This document shows, piece by piece, positions 56,972 through 64,000 of a stretch of DNA of 64,000 nucleotides (the first letter of the stretch is position 1; each line of letters begins with the position of its first letter). Origin of the DNA: Somniosus microcephalus (lineage: Eukaryota). The stretch covers positions 90,334,001 to 90,398,000 of the forward strand of contig CM126211.1 in the NCBI GenBank assembly GCA_052327205.1, given 5' to 3'. The notes under the pieces are model-generated. The model was not told the DNA's origin and ran no database searches. It saw only the letters and a list, made by a program, of their open reading frames with translations. A program made the position numbers and the translations under genes.

Positions 56972-57111
56972 AATGGAAAAGGGTAAGTGTGCAATTAATG
57001 GAAAAATATGAGTGTACAATTAATGGAAAATATAGTGTGCAATTAGTGGAAATGTAAGTGCACAATTAATGGAAAAGTGTAAGTATACAATTGGTGGAAA
57101 ATGCAAGTATA
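56972..57111. repeat. Degenerate minisatellite, ~6 copies of a 23-25 bp unit (AATGGAAAA.TGTAAGTGTRCAATT)
   Basis: Units start at 56972, 56997, 57022, 57045, 57068 and 57093. Confidence 0.9.
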
Positions 57112-59906
57112 GACATGCTGGACAAAGGTCCCAAATAATATATGCTCCATACGGATGGTCTGTATCTAAATCTCAAAGACTAAAAAGGTGCTAATAGCGT
57201 GTTAGTTTTATAAATCAAACAAATTTTGAAGACGCCAGACATAATCTAATTTACAGCTACGTGACCCGAGTGTCCGGAACCCTTAGCGATTAATCCAATT
57301 TATTTTAAACGGGTTTGGAGTTTAATGGTGAATCTCGATTGTGACATTAAATGAACTTCGTACTAAGGAAATCAAGCAACAAAAAATGAAGTGTCCAATC
57401 TGATCAGAATGAGCTAGTTTATATATTGTACAAGTGATTGAATCATCTCAAACGGCGACAAATTCTCAGCAAGCATACGGGACAACATTCCTGTTTGTTT
57501 TCAGGTGCATTGCCCAAATTTGAATTCTCCTCTCACCTCCAAATAAAAAATAATAAACTCGCATAAAAAGTAGCTACAGAGTACGATAAAAACAATTCTA
57601 AACTGTATAATGACAATAAATAACTTTTAATAATGAATTGAAGGTAAGACATGCTTTTTAAATAAATCCATCGTGAATCCTGGTTTATCCTTATTAACCC
57701 TCAGCAGATTGAATCGACACTTGTGAAAATATCCCCAGTTTTCGCATATTTAAGGCGATTATATAGAAAGCAAAGAGCCAGGATTTGTCAGACCCCTCAA
57801 CAGACGCCAATTTGTGTTCATTTTTATTGTCCCTCCATGCATGCTTTTCTATCTAGAGTGTCGCTTTAACCCTATTTCCATGTTGGTTTCAGTATTTTTA
57901 ATGGGGAGAGGTCAATTTAAACACAAAAATAGTTTAGAAGTAGCAACATTCTATTACCAAGTGGGGTGATAGATAAATGAATGGATGGATAACATGCCCA
58001 CATTTTCCTTCAAAGTATCAAGATCATACTCCATTTATCGATAAATTAAAATTACAACAGCATAGACTTTTAGTTATATTCTGGGCGTTTGCTTATCCCG
58101 CCCACCGAACTGAGAATAAATGAGTTAAACAGAAATCGTCACGCGTGTCTCCCAACAACAGCAAAGCATTAGAAACGATCGTAAACCCTTTCAACATCAC
58201 CCCTAACGACTACAGCTGTCGACACGTTTACTGCAGAATTTTATGTGGCAATTTCCACGGTGATCATCAAGTCGGTGAAACGTTTCTGCCCTTTGGTAAT
58301 TAATAACATAGATCGGCGGGAGGGGAAATGCGCTTTCAGAAGCGGTTAGGTTCTCCAGTTACGCGAATGCAACAAATGCAAATCGAAGTAAAGACCGGCG
58401 TGTTTGTTTGCAGGTCCATCAACTAGGATAACCCGTTATCTTGCAGCATTCACGTTAGTTTGAATAAATTCAGTTCCAACAGCAGTCGAAATGTGTTTGC
58501 AAAAACTTGTCTACACTGAATTTCCTGTTGTTTCTCCAGCGTGTGCGACATACGGGCTGCAACTTGATCCAAAACCCGGACAAGTGAGAACCGTATTAAT
58601 ATATGTGCCATATTGAGACCGTGGCAAAGGACGCGTGGGGTGAAATTAGTTAACACAAATTCACGTCCGTTGATGCTTTCTTTATTATCGAATTTGGTTG
58701 TTAAATTTTCAAAACACAACAAATAGGCGAAAAGCTAAATGATTTCTTTTTCTGATGTAGATCAGCAGAAGTGTTACTTTTATCTGTTTTCCGGCTACCG
58801 TTTAGGTTTTAGCCTCAAACGTACAGGAAATAGTAGATTTGCTCAGTGTCTGATCTTTCCCTTTCACTATGACCCACAAAACGAGAAGAATTGGCAGCAC
58901 TGCGTAACCAAAGACATAGGAAATACCACCACTGCGTCCGATCTACAATGTAACTGCTCCGTGAGATACCGGAATAGTATCGGTTACATATCGCGCAAGA
59001 TCCAAAAGTCTATTTCAAAGCAAACTCATAAACCCATTAAATGGCAATTCGCCATTTTCCTACAATGTCCCGCAATGCATTCGTTATGCAAAGTGGGGGA
59101 CTATAAATTAATATTTATCACCCGTCAGAATAACACTGGGCCGTCCCAAACCGTTGGATAGCATTTTGTTGGTAAGATATTGCATTTCTATGTACACAAT
59201 AACACTTTTTACAATTCAGATTAGCCAAATGTTGATTCAGTGTGTGATATTGTTATTTAATTTTGGTCAAATGTTGTCCCCAATTCAATTATTTCTTTGG
59301 CTGGTCAATATAATCAATATACTTTTTCTTGAAAATCGGTGACAGATTGATACAGAGATAGATCAAAAATCAAAGCAGACAGTTAACAAAAGGTTTGTGA
59401 TATACTGGTGAATTGTTAGGTTTTGGTGCGCTTTGATCATGAGGGTTACTGTTTCAATGTAATTGCACATAGTACTAGAGTACAATTCAAAATTAGTTTT
59501 ATTTCCCAGTGATTATGACAAAATACGCTGGTGTGTGTATAAACGGTTGTTCTATGTTCTGCTAATAAGGACAGTAATTCCATAATTTAGCTGTGTATTG
59601 TATTCATCCTAAATATGTTTTGATAAAATCAATACACGTAGTAGCGATTGTGAAGATGCGGTGCCGAAATGCAATGCCAACTTGGATTTCTTCAAATAAA
59701 GTTGCTATAGATGGCTCAGGAATCAAAAGGAGGCGCAACTGAAACGAGCCTGTTCGCACAGAATCGAAGTCTCCAGCTAAATTGAAAGATGATTTTTGAC
59801 AGCCTACAATCTTTATTAATAACGCCGAGACCTGTGGGCTGGTCAGATGGAAACTTTCTTAACAAGCCCGTTTCAGTGATACAGTGTGAAATAAAAGAAA
59901 ACACGC

Positions 59907-60020
59907 CCTTTCCCACATTACAACAGTGACTCCACTTCAAAAGTACATCATTGGCTGTAAAGCGCTTTGAGACGTCCGGTGGTCGTGAAAGTCGCTGTAT
60001 AAATGTAAGTCTTTCTTTCT
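59907..60020 (+). mobile_element. DeuSINE 3' fragment
   Basis: CATTACAACAGTGACT..CATTGGCTGTAAAGCGCTTTG..TATAAATGTAAGTCTTTC. Confidence 0.85.
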
Positions 60021-60114
60021 ATATTGCCAGAGTTTCATGTACACCATTATTTAAGATGTATTATAACTGGATTACTTAAAATGTTTTATAACTGGATGGA
60101 TGGTAAGGTGAATT

Positions 60115-60250
60115 CATAGAATCTTACAGCACAGAAGGAGGCCATTCGGCCCATCGGTCCTATGCTGGCTCTTTGAGAGAGTTAGTCCCACTCCCCTGCT
60201 CTTTCTCTACAGCCCTGCATTTTGTTTCCATTTCAGCTATACATCTAATT
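60115..60250 (-). mobile_element. CR1 3' tail fragment
   Basis: CATAGAATC..CAGCACAGAAGGAGGCCATTCGGCCCAT is the reverse complement of the CR1 tail at ~8415-8455. Confidence 0.85.
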
Positions 60251-62054
60251 TTTAAGAACATGCAGTTTTATGAAACCTGTTTACAAGATTCGCACTTGTC
60301 TTCTAAAATGATTCAAATGTTTCCTCAGTGATGTTATTTAACCGTGATCTAATTCCAGCGCAAAAACTCACTGCAGTCTTTGAGGGAAAGCATTGAGATT
60401 TAATGAGATATGTATATATGGGAGAGAGGGAGATAGGGAGAGGGAAAAAGCAGAGAGCGAATGGAAAGACTTACGATCGGAGAATGGCTGAGTAAGTTTA
60501 GTTCAACTATGGACAGGTGAGGCAAGCCTCTATGAACCAGCTTTTGGAAAACTACATAGGTAGATTTCCGGTTCAGTGAACCCAGTGAAATGACAAGAAG
60601 CAGCAATCCAGTAAAAGCTAACCCGGAAATGCTGGCGATTCTGTTTACACTCCAAGATTTTAGCGTTTACAGAAAAAAATCTCGCCTTCGTGTGATCTTA
60701 TGAAAGGTTCAGGTATTTCATAGATTTATACAATAATTACACACAACTTCATAACAATGATGATAGTCTTTTCGCAATAATTTTCAGAGGGCGGCTTATC
60801 CAGTTTCGTGGAGGTCATCAAAGCGAGCGAATGGTAATCTGACGGAAGAGCAGGCGACAGACGCAGGCAGCAGACCCGGACAGAAAGAAAGGCTCCACTT
60901 TGAGAGACCAGTATTTCAAAGCATTCATGTCTTGGATACTTTCTAGACTTGAAATCTATTACAGTCCATTAAGCTCGTTTTAAACGTTGTCATTATCTCA
61001 CCTTACAGCCGCCTTGTTATTTCCGATACGTCCTGTTGTTGCTTTTATGACTAAAACACGACCCCTTTTCCTAAGGCACGGAGGTCACTTGTTGGCTCAC
61101 CTGAAATGTTAATAACTGGTGCTTTCGAGCTTCGAAAACCGAGATATATAGGCCACAACCATTAGTAGGTGTCCTGCAATGAGAAGGTGCGAGCTTCTGT
61201 TACATAGAAAATGTATACATGAGGGCGACTGCCTGGAACAATATAATATTGAGGTTCTGATAGCATCATAAACCGTGAGAACGAAATAAAAACTGTTTAT
61301 AACTTTTGCATGAAATTGCTCCCATGTATTTATCTTTATCCCCTGGAATTGGTGGGGTGGTTTTATTTTGACTATTGCTGTCCTGGCAAACATCATCAGC
61401 ATTATTACTCACTATGCAGTTAATTCAGGTTGATGTTCCAACTAAAGCTTTAATGACTGCATGTTTATCAACTGATGATTGACATTAGGCTACCAGACCA
61501 TGCAATAGTCAATATATATTTTATAGCAAATACCTCATCAAATGCAACAAAATACAAGCTTGAAGCTCAGCGAGTTTTTACAACCAGATCATTTCAGGAT
61601 ATATACATCTGTATGCCTTTCTTTCATAACAAGTTGAAAAGCTATGGGGGTGTCTGAATCAGTTTTGCATCCATTGGTTTGTTGGTAGCCGTGTGTATGG
61701 CAAATAAGAATGGCGAGCACATACTATGTTGCTAATGTACAAAGATAACCACACTGAAATATTAATGCTTGTGATATAATCGCTGCATGTTTTGTTCCAG
61801 AAAATAATAGCGTCATGTTTTAGCAAGCTTGCCACATCAAGCCAAATTATCTTTATGGTTGCTTCAGACTTCTGAATTCCAGCCTAAAATAACATGTTTC
61901 ACATGGTGGCTTCAACCACGTGACCAGGCCAAATGTTTAACAAGTTCCCCTGTCCTCCCCTAGTGGCGCACACTCATGCTGTGGTACAGACAACCATGTC
62001 AAAACATTTCATATTCATTCTCCTCACTGTCTGAATTGGTGCCAATTCTTGGCC

Positions 62055-63327
62055 AGTCATTGATAGATTTTCAAAGTGAATGGCAGAATGGTGGTAGCAT
62101 GGAAAAACAGTAAATGTGAATGGGAGGCCTTCAAAGAGGAGATAGTTTGGGTACAGACTAGGCACATTCCCTTGAGGGGGAAAGGAAGGGCATCCAAAGC
62201 TAGAGTTCCCTGGATGACTAAAAATATAGAGATTACAATGAAACAGAAAAGGAGGCTTATGATAAATGACAGGCTCATAATTCAGTAAAGAACCAAGCTG
62301 AATACAGAAAGTACAGAGGAGAACTGAAAAAGGAAATACAAGGGGCAAAGAGAGTGTATGAGAATAGATTAACAGCTAACATAAAAGGGAACTCAAAAGT
62401 CTTTTATAAACATAAATAGTTAACGGTTAGTCAAAGCAAGGGTGGGGCCGATTATCGACCAAAAAGAAGATCTTCTTGTGGAGGCAGAGGGCATGGCTGA
62501 GGTAGTAAATGAATACTTTACATCTGTCTTCACTAAAGAAGAGGATGCTGCCAATGTCACAGTAAAGGAGGAGGTAGATAAATGGGATAGGAAAAAAATA
62601 GATAAAGAGTAGGTACTTAAAAGATTGGCATCACTCAAAGTAGAAAAGTCACCTGGTCTGGCTGGGATGCATCCTAGGTTAGGGTGAAGATAGTAAAGGC
62701 TCTGGCCACAATCTTCCAGTCCTCCTTAGATATGGTAGTGGTGTCAGAGGACTGGAGGATTGCAAATATTACACCCCTGTTCAAAAAAGGGGAGAGGGAT
62801 AAACCTGGCAACTACACTAAACCATTATAAATCATTGGTTGGCCCCAGTGGAGTATTGTGTCCAATTCTGGGCACCGCACTTTAGGAAGGATGTCAAGGC
62901 CTTAGAGAGGGTGCAAAGCAGATTTACTAGAATAGTACCAGGGATGTGGGACTTCCATTACCTGGAGAGACTAGAGAAGCTGGGGTTGTTCTCCTTAGAG
63001 CAGAGAAGGATAAGGGCAGATTTAATCGAGTTGTTTAAAATCATGAAGGGTTTTGATAGAGTAAATAATGGGAAACTGTTTACAGTGGCAGAAAGGTTGG
63101 CAAAAGAACCAGAGGAGAAATATTTTTATGCAACGAATGGTTATGATCTGGAATGCACTGCCTGAAAGGGTGGTAGAAGTAGATTCAATAATAACTTTCA
63201 AAAGGGAAATGGATAAATACTTGAAGGAGAAAAATTTGCAGGGCTATGGTGAAAGGGCAGGTGAGTTGGCTAATTAGATAGCTCTTTCAAAGAGCTGGCA
63301 TAGGTACAATGGGCCAAATGGCCTCCT
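62055..63327 (+). mobile_element. CR1 LINE, 5'-truncated, RT core deleted (~62815); tail resumes at 63939-63959
   Basis: WEAFKEEI...PWMT, KSPG.DG.HPR-like and EDWRIANITPLFKKG..DKPGNY segments jump to EYCVQFWAPHFRKDVKALERVQ; CR1 tail present. Confidence 0.92.
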
Positions 63328-63938
63328 AATCAATCAAATCAAATCAAATCAAATCAAATCAACTTTTATTGTCATTGTTAGTGCACAAGTGCAGTACAAC
63401 GAAATGTAGGCTTGCGGCTCCCGAGAGTGTACAATTTGGATTAGGACATTTCAACATACATTTGTACATGTATATTAGCATAAATATGACCATAATAAAG
63501 TGAATAAAGTGCATCGGCAGATGTGCAGGCTTTAGTGTTTATTTGTGGAGTTCAGTAGGATGACAGCCCTGGGAAAGAAGCTGTCCCTAAATCTGGTCGT
63601 ACGGGTGCGAATGCATCTGTAGCGTCTTCCAGATGGTAGGAGGGCGAACAGACTGTGGCTGGGGTGGGTAGGGTCTTTGATGATGGTCCGTGCCCTCCGT
63701 AGGCAGCGTTTCTGATATATATGTTCTATGGTCGGTAGCCGGGTGCCGGTAATGCGTTGGGCAGTTTTGACTACCCGCTGCAGGGCTTTCCGGTCATGGG
63801 AGCTACAGCCGCCGTACCATACCGTGATACAGTTTGTCAGGATGCTCTCTATAGTGCAGCGGTAGAAGGTAGAGAGGATCGGGGGTGACAGATTACATCC
63901 CTTCAGCCTCCTCAAGAAATATAGGCGCTGCTGGGCCT
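63328..63938 (-). mobile_element. 5'-truncated Rex1/Babar-like LINE (C-terminal DUF1891-type region), inserted in the CR1 tail
   Basis: Open frame AQQRLYFLRRLK...FYRCTIESILTNCITVWYG...LQRVVKTAQRITG...HPSHSLFALLPSGRRYR...RFRDSFFPRAV; AATAAA and a (GATTT)n tail at 63328-63362. Confidence 0.88.
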
Positions 63939-64000
63939 ATGCTGTATCATTCTATTCTAACAGGTCGTTTCAGTCCCTCCAATGTTTTTCTCCTCTTCTG

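Noticed and set aside
56972-57111. CRISPR-like array
   Set aside because: Eukaryotic context; the units are directly tandem with no unique spacers and there are no cas genes.

Overview
This is vertebrate genomic DNA. The CR1/L2/DeuSINE/Penelope-type repeat repertoire points to a cartilaginous fish, probably a shark (inference). The window holds one complete protein-coding gene on the minus strand, ephrin-B2 (EFNB2). It has five coding exons (55058-54937, 30430-30147, 10257-10165, 8848-8750, 2313-1901), all with GT..AG introns, joining to 1011 nt (336 aa + stop) and ending in the YYKV PDZ motif. A TATA/CCAAT/PBX-MEIS promoter lies at ~55.6-55.75 kb, the ~0.5 kb 5' leader has four uORFs, and the long 3' UTR probably runs to or beyond the left edge. 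The introns and flank carry decayed CR1 and L2 LINEs, seven DeuSINE copies, two young 5'-truncated LINEs (RTE-X-like and Rex1-like), a hAT MITE with an 8-bp TSD and several Harbinger/PIF-like MITEs with 3-bp TSDs. The most unusual signals are: (i) four ~96-135 bp TSD-flanked retroposed elements carrying a minimal hammerhead-ribozyme motif with stem II covariation (Penelope pLTR/retrozyme-like); (ii) a near-identical inverted MITE pair bracketing exons 3-4; (iii) MITEs carrying paired, self-complementary consensus splice donors; (iv) a head-to-tail chain of uORFs in the EFNB2 leader. Almost all other ORFs in the supplied track are spurious or repeat-derived. No database searches were run, so repeat family names come from recognised motifs.
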